From: Abditibacteriaceae bacterium
GTDB taxonomy: Bacteria; Armatimonadota; Abditibacteriia; Abditibacteriales; Abditibacteriaceae
Length of the DNA: 64,000 nucleotides
Assembly (NCBI GenBank): GCA_031372065.1
Contig: JANMKN010000244.1
Span: forward strand, 1 to 64,000
Direction: 5' to 3'
Shown here: piece by piece, positions 27,037-37,714 of the stretch
How the letters are laid out: every line of letters starts with the position of its first letter
Position numbering within the stretch: the stretch's first letter is position 1
The notes under the pieces: generated by a model
What the model was told of the DNA's origin: nothing
The model's input: the letters and a program-made list of their open reading frames with translations, nothing else
Databases searched by the model: none
Translations under genes and position numbers: made by a program

Positions 27037-27957
27037 ATGGTTCCCGTTTTTATCGGTGGATGTGAGCGTAGCGGCACAACTTTTTTAGGTTCGCTGTTGG
27101 GTGGTCACAGCCAATGCCTGACAGTGCCCGAATCGCAGTTCAAAATTCGTATGCTGCGCCATATCCAGCCTGAACAACCAACCAACTTACCCGATGTTCT
27201 TGACCGCATTCGCGACCACTGGCGCTTTAAATTGTGGGATATTGATTTGACAGACGTGCCGCTTCAGGCCCACGATTATCCTGAGTTACTGTGCTGGCTG
27301 GTGCGGCAATACGGCGCCCGACATGGGCGGCCCGACCCCGGTTTCTGGATTGATCATACGCCAGCTAATATGCGCTACGGCGCTACGCTGCGCGATCTCT
27401 TCCCGGATGCCAAATTTATCCATTTGGTGCGCGATGGACGTGCCGTAGCGGCTTCGGTGCTGCCACTTGACTGGGGGCCCAACACCGTTCTGGCGGCGGC
27501 GCACTGGTGGAGTGAGGGAATTACGCCTGGTCTGGCTGCCGAGGTTGGCTTATCGGCAACGCATATTGTGCGTGTGCGCTATGAAGATTTAGTGCGCGCG
27601 CCTGAAGCGACGCTTACCTTTTTGTGCAAACACATTGGCCTTGACTACGAACCAGCTATGGCTAAGGGCAGGGGTTTTGAGGTTGGCAGCTATACGGCAG
27701 GTCAGCATACTCTTGTCGGTCAGGCGCCCGATCCGCGTCGCCTCAATGCTTGGGAGCAGGAGCTAACACAACGCCACATTGAAATCTTTGAAAGCATCAC
27801 CGGCGATCTGCTGCGCTACCTTGATTATCCGCTGCACTTTGGCCCCTGTGCCACTGCTGCCAGTGGCCGCGAAAAGGTGACCCTGTTGGCTCAGGAGATG
27901 TTAGGGCGCCATATTACCAACCGTTTACGTTACTTTCAACGCGCCCGCGCCGTTTGA
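27037..27957 (+). CDS. Sulfotransferase
   Basis: 5'-PSB GCERSGTT; 3'-PB HLVRDGRAVAAS; VRYEDL. Confidence 0.92.
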   Translation: MVPVFIGGCERSGTTFLGSLLGGHSQCLTVPESQFKIRMLRHIQPEQPTNLPDVLDRIRDHWRFKLWDIDLTDVPLQAHDYPELLCWLVRQYGARHGRPDPGFWIDHTPANMRYGATLRDLFPDAKFIHLVRDGRAVAASVLPLDWGPNTVLAAAHWWSEGITPGLAAEVGLSATHIVRVRYEDLVRAPEATLTFLCKHIGLDYEPAMAKGRGFEVGSYTAGQHTLVGQAPDPRRLNAWEQELTQRHIEIFESITGDLLRYLDYPLHFGPCATAASGREKVTLLAQEMLGRHITNRLRYFQRARAV

Positions 27958-27973
27958 CTTTATTTCGACTGTT

Positions 27974-29173
27974 ATGAACGATGCTATGCCATGCCCACCA
28001 CAAACAGGGGCGAAAATACGGCCTAAAGTCTTGATGCTTACGGCCTCGAATCTGGGGCCATATCACCAAGCGCGCTATGAGTTTCTCGCGCAAGGGCCGC
28101 TGGAATTAGTCATTGTAAAAACTCCTGTGGCTGAATATTTTCGACCATGGACCAAGGATGCAACGCAGGAGGGATTTCGTGCCATCAGTCCTTTCGGCGC
28201 GAATCCAACGAAGCTGTTTTCTATGAGACGAGTGCTGCGTGCAGCGCGTCGTTTGTTGCGCCATGAGCGGCCTGATGTGGTAGTCTGTGTCGGTTACAAC
28301 ACGCGTTATATTTGGGCTACCAGCTTGCTTTGCCGTATTTTTAAAATTCCCTGCGTGCTTTATTTGGTCGGATGGGAAGGTGAGCGCGCTCGTAATCCAC
28401 GCAAGGAAATGGCAAAACGCCTTTACTGTCGGCAAGCGTTCGGCGCAGCCATGGCGACGGGCGTGCATGCCCGCGACTATGCTCGCACTTTGGGTATTTC
28501 CGCGCAGCGTATTTGGCGTATCGGCAACGTCGTTGATAATGATTATTTTGCCCAAGTGCGTGAGTCATCGCCACGTCTGGCCCAACTACCGCCCGCGTTT
28601 TTCTTGTCGGTAGCGCGCTTGAGTCCCGAAAAAAACCTAACCGGATTGATTGATGCATTCAATCGTTACCGACAAAATGGTGGGACGTGGGATTTATGCA
28701 TTGCTGGCACAGGCCCTCAAGAAGAAGAACTTAAGGCACAAACATCCGCCACATTAGGCGCATTAGCCGATCATGTGCATTGGTTGGGTTGGGTCGGTTA
28801 TAAAGAGCTACCTGAACTTTATCATCGTGCCAGTTGCTTAGTGATTCCCAGCTTTGTTGAGCCGTGGGGTCTGGTAGTAAACGAGGCGATGGCGGCAGGG
28901 TTACCAGTTTTGGTCAGCGATCAGTGCGGCTGCCAGCCTGAATTGTGTAAACCAAGCGAAAATGGTTTTGGCTTTGATCCTGATAACATGGTGCAATTGG
29001 CACAGTTGATGAACACAATGTCCGATTTGTCTCCAGAATCCTTTTCTGCAATGGGTGAGTCGTCGCGCCGCGTTTTAACCCATTTCACACTCGAAACTTG
29101 GCGTCAGGCTTTTGTGAATTGTGTTGTGTCTGTCGCAGGCGGTCTTGGTAATGAGCAAGGAGAAATAGAGTAG
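27974..29173 (+). CDS. Glycosyltransferase family 4
   Basis: ARLSPEKN, EPWGLVVNEAMAAGLPV. Confidence 0.92.
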   Translation: MNDAMPCPPQTGAKIRPKVLMLTASNLGPYHQARYEFLAQGPLELVIVKTPVAEYFRPWTKDATQEGFRAISPFGANPTKLFSMRRVLRAARRLLRHERPDVVVCVGYNTRYIWATSLLCRIFKIPCVLYLVGWEGERARNPRKEMAKRLYCRQAFGAAMATGVHARDYARTLGISAQRIWRIGNVVDNDYFAQVRESSPRLAQLPPAFFLSVARLSPEKNLTGLIDAFNRYRQNGGTWDLCIAGTGPQEEELKAQTSATLGALADHVHWLGWVGYKELPELYHRASCLVIPSFVEPWGLVVNEAMAAGLPVLVSDQCGCQPELCKPSENGFGFDPDNMVQLAQLMNTMSDLSPESFSAMGESSRRVLTHFTLETWRQAFVNCVVSVAGGLGNEQGEIE

Positions 29174-30012
29174 TGCTCCCTAATTTTTTAATTTGCGGCA
29201 TCCAAAAAGGTGGCACGACTTCGCTCTACCATTATTTGCGTGAACACCCGGACATCTTTTTGCCTGCCGTTAAAGAAGTCAACTTTTTTCATCTCAACTA
29301 TGACAAAGGCCGCGTCTGGTATGAGACTCATTTTGCGCCCCACGCCTCGCAGCGTGCTTTGGGCGAAGTGTCGCCACTTTATATGTGGTATCCCGAAGTT
29401 CCAGAGCGCATACAGCATCTGATACCAGAGACACGCTTAATTTTCATGTTGAGGAACCCTATTGACCGAGCTTACTCGAATTATTGGTTCAATCTCAGCC
29501 GTAGCGCACAATCGTCCTCGCAGTCCTTTGGTGAAGCGATTCGCAGTGCCTACGGTCAGCAGCATTACCTGTCCAAGGGTTTCTACATAGAGCAAATTGA
29601 GCGTTTCCTGCCCTTGTTTCCCCGTGAGAATTTACACTTCATCATTAGCGAAGACCTGCAACGCGATACCTTGAAAACAGTTGCCGCCTGTTGTCGCTTT
29701 TTAAATGTAGATGACTCCTACCAACCAGACACTACGAGCCGTCATAACGTTACTTTGTTGCCCAAAAGCAGTATCGCCAAGGCTCTTTATAGTCTGGGAG
29801 GCCCCGTAAAAAAAGTAGTGTTGCCATTAACGCCCAAGGCCTTGCGGCGTGCTACTAAAAGTGCGCGTAAGTCGGCGCATGGTGCCTTTTTCGCCCCCGG
29901 CAAAACCCCGCCGATGGACGAAACTGACCGAATTTATCTGCGAGAGATTTTTGCTAATCACAACCAGCGCTTGAGTGAGTTTTTGGGGCGAGATTTGAGC
30001 GGATGGCAATAA
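29173..30012 (+). CDS. Sulfotransferase (PNFL/QKGGTT type)
   Basis: PNFLICGIQKGGTTSL, KEVNFF, LRNPIDRAYS. Confidence 0.92.
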   Translation: MLPNFLICGIQKGGTTSLYHYLREHPDIFLPAVKEVNFFHLNYDKGRVWYETHFAPHASQRALGEVSPLYMWYPEVPERIQHLIPETRLIFMLRNPIDRAYSNYWFNLSRSAQSSSQSFGEAIRSAYGQQHYLSKGFYIEQIERFLPLFPRENLHFIISEDLQRDTLKTVAACCRFLNVDDSYQPDTTSRHNVTLLPKSSIAKALYSLGGPVKKVVLPLTPKALRRATKSARKSAHGAFFAPGKTPPMDETDRIYLREIFANHNQRLSEFLGRDLSGWQ

Positions 30013-30218
30013 AGCGAAATGACAACTTACAAGGGAATTGTGGGATTCTTAAGATTGTCAATAGTATCAATAAACCTGCGATTGATTAATAAAAGGCTCT
30101 TTTGTGCCTTGTTGGAATAGCTGTGCTGCTTATAAATATCACTGCGCTGCTTATATTACTGTGGCTAATGTCAAGGGTCTAATGCTGTCGAAGAAAGGCT
30201 ATACTGCTTTAAGACACT

Positions 30219-31028
30219 ATGGCAATTGATTTTTCAGGACTCTCACCACGCAGACTACCCGGCAAAATTCTGCGGGCGCCACTGCGGTTGATTCCCCGCA
30301 GTGCGGTTGTCCCCATCATACAGGGACCGCTACGGGGCAAACGCTGGATCGTGGGGGCAGGTAATCAGGGTTACTGGTTAGGCAGTTATGAACTGCCTAA
30401 GCAGCAGTTGTTTGTTCAGACAGTGCAACCCGGATGGACTGTTCTTGATGTGGGCGCGCATACTGGCTACTATACGCTGCTGACTTCCACCTTAGTAGGG
30501 GATAAAGGGCGAGTTGTTTCGTGTGAACCGTCGCCACGTAATCTGGCTTATTTACGGCGGCATATGAGCTTAAATAGCTGCGATAACGTAGAAATCCGCG
30601 ATGTTGCCGTTTCCGGCGCGTGCGGCACCGCCATCTTTGATAATATGCGCTCAAGTTTCACCGGTCGCCTCTTCGCGAGTGGTGTGCAAAATGGCGTAGG
30701 CGTTACTGTGCAAACCGTCACTCTTGACTCTCTTCTGGACGAGGACATCCGACCAAATCTTATAAAGATGGACATTGAAGGTGCCGAGGGAGATGCATTA
30801 GACAGTGGACTACGTTTGTTAGCGGAGTGCCGTCCGGCGCTTTTTCTTGCGACACATGGTCCCGCAATCCATCGCCACTGCTGTGACTTGCTGCGTGATT
30901 TGGGTTACGAACTGACGGCATTGACTGGCAAGCACGGCGAAACCACTTTGGAAACTACTGACGAGATTCTGGCACGCCATCCCGATCAAGCCCGGTCTGA
31001 AAATGAACGCGAAGACCCTGCGGCATGA
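30219..31028 (+). CDS. FkbM-family methyltransferase
   Basis: DVGAHTGYY, EP, IKMDIEGAE. Confidence 0.92.
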   Translation: MAIDFSGLSPRRLPGKILRAPLRLIPRSAVVPIIQGPLRGKRWIVGAGNQGYWLGSYELPKQQLFVQTVQPGWTVLDVGAHTGYYTLLTSTLVGDKGRVVSCEPSPRNLAYLRRHMSLNSCDNVEIRDVAVSGACGTAIFDNMRSSFTGRLFASGVQNGVGVTVQTVTLDSLLDEDIRPNLIKMDIEGAEGDALDSGLRLLAECRPALFLATHGPAIHRHCCDLLRDLGYELTALTGKHGETTLETTDEILARHPDQARSENEREDPAA

Positions 31029-32224
31029 AGATTTTGCAAATTGTGCCGCATTATGTTCCAGCGTATCATTTTGGCGGTGTGTTGCATGTGGCACATGCTC
31101 TTTCTAAGTCGCTGGTGGCGCAGGGGCACTCTGTGCGAGTTGTCACAACGCGTCTAAAAGACCCGCACCATGACCTTGAAGTGGGCAGTGAAGCGCCTGT
31201 TGATGTTGATGGCGCCCATGTGTTTTATGAGCCGACGTTGTCCTCGAAATATGCCCGTTATTGGGGGTTTTCTCCGTCGTTAGCATGGCGAGTGTGGCGC
31301 GAGGCGGCTTGGGCCGATGTGGCGCTCATTCACTTCCACTACCAGTTCGCCAGCCTCATTGGGGGGCGTTTGGCGCAAGGGCGGCGCACGCCGTTTGTGA
31401 TGTTCACCCACGGCAGTCTTAATCACTACGGCGTTTCAGCCCGCTCTAAAGCCCGTAAGCACCTCTATTTGAAATTGACCGAGCGGCGCAATTTCCGGCG
31501 GGCACTTTTCACTGCTTATTGTTCGCAGGAGGAAATGGAGAACTCTTTCCAGTTTGGGCGTTGTCAGGTTGTGCCCAATGGTATCACGCCCACTGCCTTT
31601 GTCGAACTACCGCCACTGGGGCACTTTCGCCGCCTGTTTCCTCAGCTTCAAGAGCGGCTTTTTTATCTTTATCTGGGCCGTTTGGATGCGGGCAAAGGCC
31701 TTGACCTGCTACTGTCAGCGTTCCGCTTGTTGGCCGATGTGAATCCGCAAGTCCACTTAATTTTGGCGGGTGGCGATGAGCGTGGTTACGAGGCGATCTT
31801 GCGCCGCATGGTAGACGAGATGAAGCTGGGCGATCATGTTACTTTTGCGGGTCTTATCGGCGGAGCCGATAAGCTGGGCGCGCTACAAGACGCCGACATT
31901 TTCGTGCTACCCTCGCGCTCGGAGGGCTTGAGTATCGCCATGCTCGAAGCTATGTTCATGGGCTTGCCGATTGTTATTACTGACCGCATGGGGCTGTGGC
32001 GACGTGTGCAGGAAGAAGCCTGTGGTTTAGTTGTGCCACTTGAGGCAGACGGGGCAGAGGCCAAACGGCTGTTTAAGGCGCTATGCCAGTTAGCTGATGA
32101 TTCCAACCGCGCCGCTTTGGGTGCGCGGGGTCGCACCATGGTGCAAAATCACTTCACTTGGGATGCCATTACGGCGCAATTGGTGCGCGATATTCAGGAC
32201 AAAATCACACGATGCAAGGTTTGA
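31025..32224 (+). CDS. Glycosyltransferase family 4
   Basis: VPNG, LGRLDAGKG, SRSEGLSIAMLEAM. Confidence 0.92.
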   Translation: MKILQIVPHYVPAYHFGGVLHVAHALSKSLVAQGHSVRVVTTRLKDPHHDLEVGSEAPVDVDGAHVFYEPTLSSKYARYWGFSPSLAWRVWREAAWADVALIHFHYQFASLIGGRLAQGRRTPFVMFTHGSLNHYGVSARSKARKHLYLKLTERRNFRRALFTAYCSQEEMENSFQFGRCQVVPNGITPTAFVELPPLGHFRRLFPQLQERLFYLYLGRLDAGKGLDLLLSAFRLLADVNPQVHLILAGGDERGYEAILRRMVDEMKLGDHVTFAGLIGGADKLGALQDADIFVLPSRSEGLSIAMLEAMFMGLPIVITDRMGLWRRVQEEACGLVVPLEADGAEAKRLFKALCQLADDSNRAALGARGRTMVQNHFTWDAITAQLVRDIQDKITRCKV

Positions 32225-33420
32225 AACTCACCGCGCCTCAAGCACTGTTGTGTGCTGCTGTGGCTGACACACTGCCGTCGGAACGCGCTGCTGCTGTAGC
32301 GCAATTACGAGCGACTTTGGGCGACGAAGCCACGTTTGCTTTGGGCCAGACTAACGATGTTGCCACGCTTTTAGCGCACTCGCTACTGGAGATTGATAGC
32401 GATGCGTCCCTATCGCCGCTTGCTGTTGGAACGTCGGGCGAAAATAGTCTGCCTGAACACTGGCGCGAGGCGCATACACAGTTGCAGCGGCGTTTGTCGG
32501 CTTATTTGACAGAGATGGATCGAGTCGCTGCGGCGCTGTCTCAAGCGGGCATTTCCATGGTGGCGCTCAAGAATGCAGGCATTGCCCGTGGCATCTACCC
32601 GTGCCCTGCCTGCTGCCCAATGGGTGATTTGGATGTTCTTGTCGAAAAGAAAAACTTCCGCCAAGCACACGCTATCATGCTTGCAAATGACTATCACTTT
32701 GAATTCCGCAGCCCTTTGGAGGAAGCTGAATTACAAGCCGCTGAAGAAGGTGGCGGTGCCGAATATTGGAAGATTTTGCCGGACGGTGAAAAATTATGGT
32801 TTGAGTTGCAGTGGCGGCCCGTGGCTGGCCGCTGGATTCGCCCAGATCAGGAACCGCCTGCGGAAGTTTTGATGGCACGCTCGGTGCCCATTTCCGGCAC
32901 GGCGGTGCGACTTTTGGCACCGCAGGACAACTTATTGCAAGTGGCGCTGCACACCGCCAAACACACTTATGTGCGGGCACCGGGTTATCGTTTGCACACC
33001 GATGTTGACCGCATTGTGCGTCGCCAACCCATTGACTGGGACTCTTTTGTTGCTCAGGTTAAGGCGCTGCAAGTCAAAACCGCAGTATATTTTTCGCTGG
33101 CAATACCCCGCGCCTTGTTTCACACACCGATTCCTGATGAAGTGCTGGAGAGTTTGCGCCCGCCAAGCTGGAAAGAGCGCTTAATGAGCCGATGGCTGCA
33201 ACGCGCTGGCATTTTTAATCCCGATGAACGCAAGTTCAGCAAGCTCGGTTTCATTTGCTTTACCATGCTGCTTTATGATGATTTGGGCGGATTGCGCCGC
33301 GCCGCTTTACCAGACCGAGAATGGATGCGTGTGCATTATGCCGGTCAAGAAAATGTTGCGCTGCCACGCCTTTACTGGCGCCGTTTGCTCAATCTTGTGA
33401 GCAAACGCAACGCGACTTGA
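32212..33420 (+). CDS. Nucleotidyltransferase family protein (NTP_transf_5-like)
   Basis: ALKN...MGDLDVLV, ELQWR, LHTAKH, LHTDV. Confidence 0.8.
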   Translation: MQGLKLTAPQALLCAAVADTLPSERAAAVAQLRATLGDEATFALGQTNDVATLLAHSLLEIDSDASLSPLAVGTSGENSLPEHWREAHTQLQRRLSAYLTEMDRVAAALSQAGISMVALKNAGIARGIYPCPACCPMGDLDVLVEKKNFRQAHAIMLANDYHFEFRSPLEEAELQAAEEGGGAEYWKILPDGEKLWFELQWRPVAGRWIRPDQEPPAEVLMARSVPISGTAVRLLAPQDNLLQVALHTAKHTYVRAPGYRLHTDVDRIVRRQPIDWDSFVAQVKALQVKTAVYFSLAIPRALFHTPIPDEVLESLRPPSWKERLMSRWLQRAGIFNPDERKFSKLGFICFTMLLYDDLGGLRRAALPDREWMRVHYAGQENVALPRLYWRRLLNLVSKRNAT

Positions 33421-33457
33421 GATTATTGACGGGTTGCGCTTGCTATTTTTTGAGACG

Positions 33458-34084
33458 ATGACTAACCAATTTTATCGCCGTTTCGGCAAACGCCTTTTCG
33501 ACTTGGTGCTGACGGTGCCTGCGCTGATCGTGTTGGCACCGTTACTGGCGTTAGTGGCCTTGGCGGCGCGACTTAAATTAGGGACGCCCGTGCTGTTTTG
33601 CCAAGAACGGCCCGGTCTTAACGAACGGCTTTTCGTGATGAAGAAATTCCGTTCTATGCGCGATGCTCTTGACGAAGCAGGAGAACCGCTACCGGATGCT
33701 GAACGCTTGACGGATTTCGGACGCTTTTTGCGTAGCACCAGCTTGGACGAACTGCCAGAACTTTTCAATGTGTTGCGAGGACAAATGAGTTTGGTAGGGC
33801 CTCGGCCACTCTTGGTGCGCTATCTTGATCTCTACTCACCGGCGCAAAAGCGGCGGCACGAAGTTCGTCCCGGATTGACGGGATGGGCACAAGTCAATGG
33901 GCGAAACGCGTTGGCATGGGAAGAAAAATTCGCGCTCGACATATGGTATGTCGAGCATCTTGGTTTTTGGCTTGACGTTAAAATCCTCATCTTGACTGTT
34001 ATCAAAATGCTCCACCGCGAGGGGATAAGCCAGCCTGGGCAGGCCACTATGGAGGAGTTTCGCGGAACCGGGCCTTCGCTATAA
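33458..34084 (+). CDS. Priming sugar phosphotransferase (PglC/EpsL-like)
   Basis: KRLFD, KFRSM, LDELPEL, MSLVGPRP, RPGLTGWAQVNGRN. Confidence 0.95.
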   Translation: MTNQFYRRFGKRLFDLVLTVPALIVLAPLLALVALAARLKLGTPVLFCQERPGLNERLFVMKKFRSMRDALDEAGEPLPDAERLTDFGRFLRSTSLDELPELFNVLRGQMSLVGPRPLLVRYLDLYSPAQKRRHEVRPGLTGWAQVNGRNALAWEEKFALDIWYVEHLGFWLDVKILILTVIKMLHREGISQPGQATMEEFRGTGPSL

Positions 34085-34137
34085 TTAGTGCCAACCAGAG
34101 CAATGTCAAGGCAACGCAGCAAGGGGAAAATGAAATC

Positions 34138-35223
34138 ATGAAAATCATACATATTATTGGAGCGCGGCCCAATTTCATGAAAGCTGCTCCTGTGATCCGG
34201 GCTTTAGATGCTTATGCGGAGATTGAGCAGACCAGTGTTCATACCGGACAGCATTATGACACGGCCATGTCCCAGATTTTTTTTGAGCAATTGGAGTTGC
34301 CTCGGCCTGATGTTAATCTGGAAGTGGGTTCCGGGTCACATGCAATTCAAACGGCTCAGGTTATGATCCGCTTTGAAGAATATGTGCAGGACAAGCGTCC
34401 CGATTGGGTGTTGGTTTATGGTGATATAAATTCCACTGTGGCAGCAGCCTTAGTAAGCGCCAAAATGATGATTCCTGTGGCGCACATTGAAGCCGGGTTG
34501 CGCTCTTTTGATTTGTCTATGCCGGAAGAAATCAACCGTATTGTGACGGATCGGCTCGCCAGTTTGCTTTTCACACCCTCTATGGATGGAAATGAAAACC
34601 TCTTGCGCGAAGGTGTGACGGGCGACAAGATTCACATGGTCGGCAATGTGATGATTGATACGCTGATACGGATGTTGCCGAAAGCTGAGGCGCAATGGGA
34701 GCGTTTAAGTTCCACACTTGATATCCAAGGCGAGTATGGATTAGTGACGCTGCATCGTCCCAGCAATGTGGATGAGGTAGATGTTTTATTTGACCTCATC
34801 AAAGCACTCAATGCAATCAGTCAAGATTTACCTTTGATTTTCCCCGTGCATCCGCGCACACGAGTGCGCATGGAAAATCAGGGTTTAAATCTTTCTGCTA
34901 CGCAATTGCGCTTCGTTGAACCTTTAGGTTATCTGGAGTTTCTTGCACTTCAAAAGCGCGCTGCTGTAGTTATTACTGATTCTGGTGGCATTCAGGAAGA
35001 AACGACTTTTCTTGATGTGCCTTGTCTGACGCTGCGCTCAAACACGGAGCGACCTGTGACCGTAACTTCTGGCACCAACAGACTAATAGGTAGTAATATG
35101 GAAGAGTTGCGCCGCGCAGTCGGCCAAGTTTTGAATGGAGAAAGAAAGCAGGGATTGATTCCTCCTTTGTGGGATGGTAAAGCCGGCGAGCGCATCGCGC
35201 GTATTTTAGCAAAAGCGGCGTAA
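34138..35223 (+). CDS. wecB: UDP-N-acetylglucosamine 2-epimerase (non-hydrolysing)
   Basis: GARPNFMK, HTGQHYD, HIEAGLRS, TDSGGIQEE. Confidence 0.95.
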   Translation: MKIIHIIGARPNFMKAAPVIRALDAYAEIEQTSVHTGQHYDTAMSQIFFEQLELPRPDVNLEVGSGSHAIQTAQVMIRFEEYVQDKRPDWVLVYGDINSTVAAALVSAKMMIPVAHIEAGLRSFDLSMPEEINRIVTDRLASLLFTPSMDGNENLLREGVTGDKIHMVGNVMIDTLIRMLPKAEAQWERLSSTLDIQGEYGLVTLHRPSNVDEVDVLFDLIKALNAISQDLPLIFPVHPRTRVRMENQGLNLSATQLRFVEPLGYLEFLALQKRAAVVITDSGGIQEETTFLDVPCLTLRSNTERPVTVTSGTNRLIGSNMEELRRAVGQVLNGERKQGLIPPLWDGKAGERIARILAKAA

Positions 35224-35241
35224 GTCCCTTGAGGCATTTTT

Positions 35242-36036
35242 ATGAATTTAGCGAAGTTATTGTGGGCTATTGTCGGACGCGTGCATATGGTGCCGGGCGC
35301 CCATGCTTTATATTCGGCCATTATGAATTTGGCTTATCGTGATGGACAACCTGTGCTGTTAAAGAGGAGTCCGGCCAAAGGTTATCGCTGGATGCATCGG
35401 CGTGGCTATCAAACTTGGATGGCGATGGGCCTTTACGAGCCGCATGTAGCGCAATTGATTTTTGACTCGTTGAAATCGGGCGATGTCTTTTATGACATCG
35501 GCGCCAATGCCGGTTATTTTACTTTGGTGGCCGCCAAAGCCGTGGGCGCTCAGGGACAAGTCGTCGCTTTTGATCCTCATCCTGATAATGTGAAATTGGT
35601 TCAAGAGCAGATTAATCTTAACCGACTGGAAAATATATGCGTTGTGGAACCTTTGGCTGTTTCCGGCGAAAAGGGAACCTTTCAATTTGTGTTAACGCCT
35701 CGCAGTGCCAACGCGCATCTTGAGAAAGTGGGAGCGCCTCATGTGCGCGTCGGAGGACGCACCGTTGAAGTGGGCGCCATAACGCTTGATGAATATGTTC
35801 AAGATCATCGCTTCCCGACGCTCATAAAAATGGACATCGAAGGTGCCGAAGTCGCGGCAATGGAAGGCGCCCGCAGCCTTTTATCGCATCCGCAGGCGCC
35901 GGAATTTTTGGTATCCACTCACAGTCAGGCATTGGAAGAAGGCGTCAAGAAAATCCTCAGTGAACACGGCTACACATTTCGTAACTTGGAAGGCTTTGAG
36001 CAAATGGTTTGTGCTGTGCCGCCCCACAAGAATTGA
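35242..36036 (+). CDS. FkbM-family methyltransferase
   Basis: DIGANAGYF, IKMDIEGAE. Confidence 0.92.
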   Translation: MNLAKLLWAIVGRVHMVPGAHALYSAIMNLAYRDGQPVLLKRSPAKGYRWMHRRGYQTWMAMGLYEPHVAQLIFDSLKSGDVFYDIGANAGYFTLVAAKAVGAQGQVVAFDPHPDNVKLVQEQINLNRLENICVVEPLAVSGEKGTFQFVLTPRSANAHLEKVGAPHVRVGGRTVEVGAITLDEYVQDHRFPTLIKMDIEGAEVAAMEGARSLLSHPQAPEFLVSTHSQALEEGVKKILSEHGYTFRNLEGFEQMVCAVPPHKN

Positions 36037-36048
36037 CAATTGCCCCTT

Positions 36049-37041
36049 ATGTTAAATGTTCTTTTTTCCAGTGCCGGGCGTCGCGTGGAATTGTTGCGCA
36101 CCTTTCGCCGCGCTTACGAAACATTGGCGTTGGAAGGCCGCATCGTCGCCATTGACATTGATCCCTTGGCTCCGGCGCTGCACGTGGCTGACCGCACTTT
36201 TATCGTGCCGCGTTTGAATCAGCCCGATTACATTCCCACTTTAGTGGAAATTTGCCAGCGCGAATCTATCGGCTTAATTTTTCCGTTGATTGACCCGGAT
36301 ATTGCCATTTTAGCGCGCCATCGCGCCGCTTTTGAAGCGGTTGGAACGCGCGTTGCGGCAGTCACGCCCGAAGCCAGTGCCATCACCGATGACAAATGGC
36401 GCACGCTGGAATTTTTCCAAGGTCTTGGTGTGACAACGCCCCGTTCGTGGTTGCCAAACGATGAATCCTTGGCGGACGCCGAATTTCCCCTGTTCATCAA
36501 GCCGCGCGGCGGAAGCGCGGCACAGAACACCTTTAAAGTGCGCAATGCGCGTGAATTGGATTTTTTCAAGCAATACGTTCCTGATCCGATTATTCAGGAA
36601 TTCTTGCCCGGCCCGGAAATCACCAATGATGTTGTGTGTGACATGGAAGGTGAACTGCTTGGCGTCATTTCGCGCGAACGCATCGAAGTGCGTTGGGGCG
36701 AAGTGGCGAAGGGTGTGACAGTGTGGGATGAGGCCATGGCACAGGCTTGTGTCAAAGTGGCGCGGGCGCTGCCTGCGATTGGGCCGATAACCGTGCAGTG
36801 CATGATGAAAAACGGCGTGCCGCATTGGACGGAAATCAACGCGCGTTTGGGTGGCGGTTTCCCATTGGCTGTGGCTGCCGGCGCGGATGCACCTCTTTGG
36901 TTGTTATCGCGCGCTGCCGGGCTGGATTTTGAAGTGCCGCCGCTCGGCAATTATCAAACTGGATTATATTTAACCCGCTACGACGATTCGTTTTTGCTAA
37001 CCGAGGCCCAACGTGAACAAATGGCAAGCCGTCGTCTTTGA
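36049..37041 (+). CDS. ATP-grasp domain protein
   Basis: SAGRRVEL, FIKPRGGSA, IQEFLPG, EINARLGGG. Confidence 0.9.
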   Translation: MLNVLFSSAGRRVELLRTFRRAYETLALEGRIVAIDIDPLAPALHVADRTFIVPRLNQPDYIPTLVEICQRESIGLIFPLIDPDIAILARHRAAFEAVGTRVAAVTPEASAITDDKWRTLEFFQGLGVTTPRSWLPNDESLADAEFPLFIKPRGGSAAQNTFKVRNARELDFFKQYVPDPIIQEFLPGPEITNDVVCDMEGELLGVISRERIEVRWGEVAKGVTVWDEAMAQACVKVARALPAIGPITVQCMMKNGVPHWTEINARLGGGFPLAVAAGADAPLWLLSRAAGLDFEVPPLGNYQTGLYLTRYDDSFLLTEAQREQMASRRL

Positions 37042-37714
37042 TTTGGATGATACGCTTTATCCCGAACGCGATTATGTCTTAAGCGGCTTTAATGCAGTGA
37101 CCAACTGGGCCGAAACAGCCCTTGATATTCCGGCGCAGCAAGGCTTTGCCGAATTATCGGCGCTTTTTGAAAGCGGCGTGCGCGGCGATACTTTTAATAG
37201 TTGGTTAGTCGCGCATCAAATCGCGCCGAAAGGCGATTTAATCGGCCAATTAGTCAAGGTTTACCGCGAACATGAGCCGAAACTCATGCCTTTTCCTGAA
37301 ATTCCACTGCTGCTTGAGCGCTTGAATAAACGTTGCAAATTAGGTCTGGTCAGTGATGGCTATTTGGATGTGCAGCGCAAAAAATGGGCGGCGTTGAAAT
37401 TGCAAAGCTATTTTCAAGGCGTTGTATTCTCTGATGAACTGGGCCGTGAATGTTGGAAACCCAGTGCCAAACCCTTTGAATTGGTGGCGCAGCGCTTGGA
37501 AATTGAACCTTCAAGCGCGATTTATGTGGCCGATAATCCGAAAAAAGATTTCCCCGGCGCGCATGAGGTCGGAATGTCTACCATTTGGCTGCGTCGCTCC
37601 GGCGGCGAATATAGCGATTTAGAACCGCCAACACCGCAACACGCACCGCGTTTGACGTTGACTTCGTTTTCCGAACTGATTGAATTCTTTGAAGCACAGG
37701 AGTTACTATTTTGA
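37013..37714 (+). CDS. HAD-family hydrolase
   Basis: FDLDDTLY, SDG, KP, ADNPKKD. Confidence 0.92.
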   Translation: MNKWQAVVFDLDDTLYPERDYVLSGFNAVTNWAETALDIPAQQGFAELSALFESGVRGDTFNSWLVAHQIAPKGDLIGQLVKVYREHEPKLMPFPEIPLLLERLNKRCKLGLVSDGYLDVQRKKWAALKLQSYFQGVVFSDELGRECWKPSAKPFELVAQRLEIEPSSAIYVADNPKKDFPGAHEVGMSTIWLRRSGGEYSDLEPPTPQHAPRLTLTSFSELIEFFEAQELLF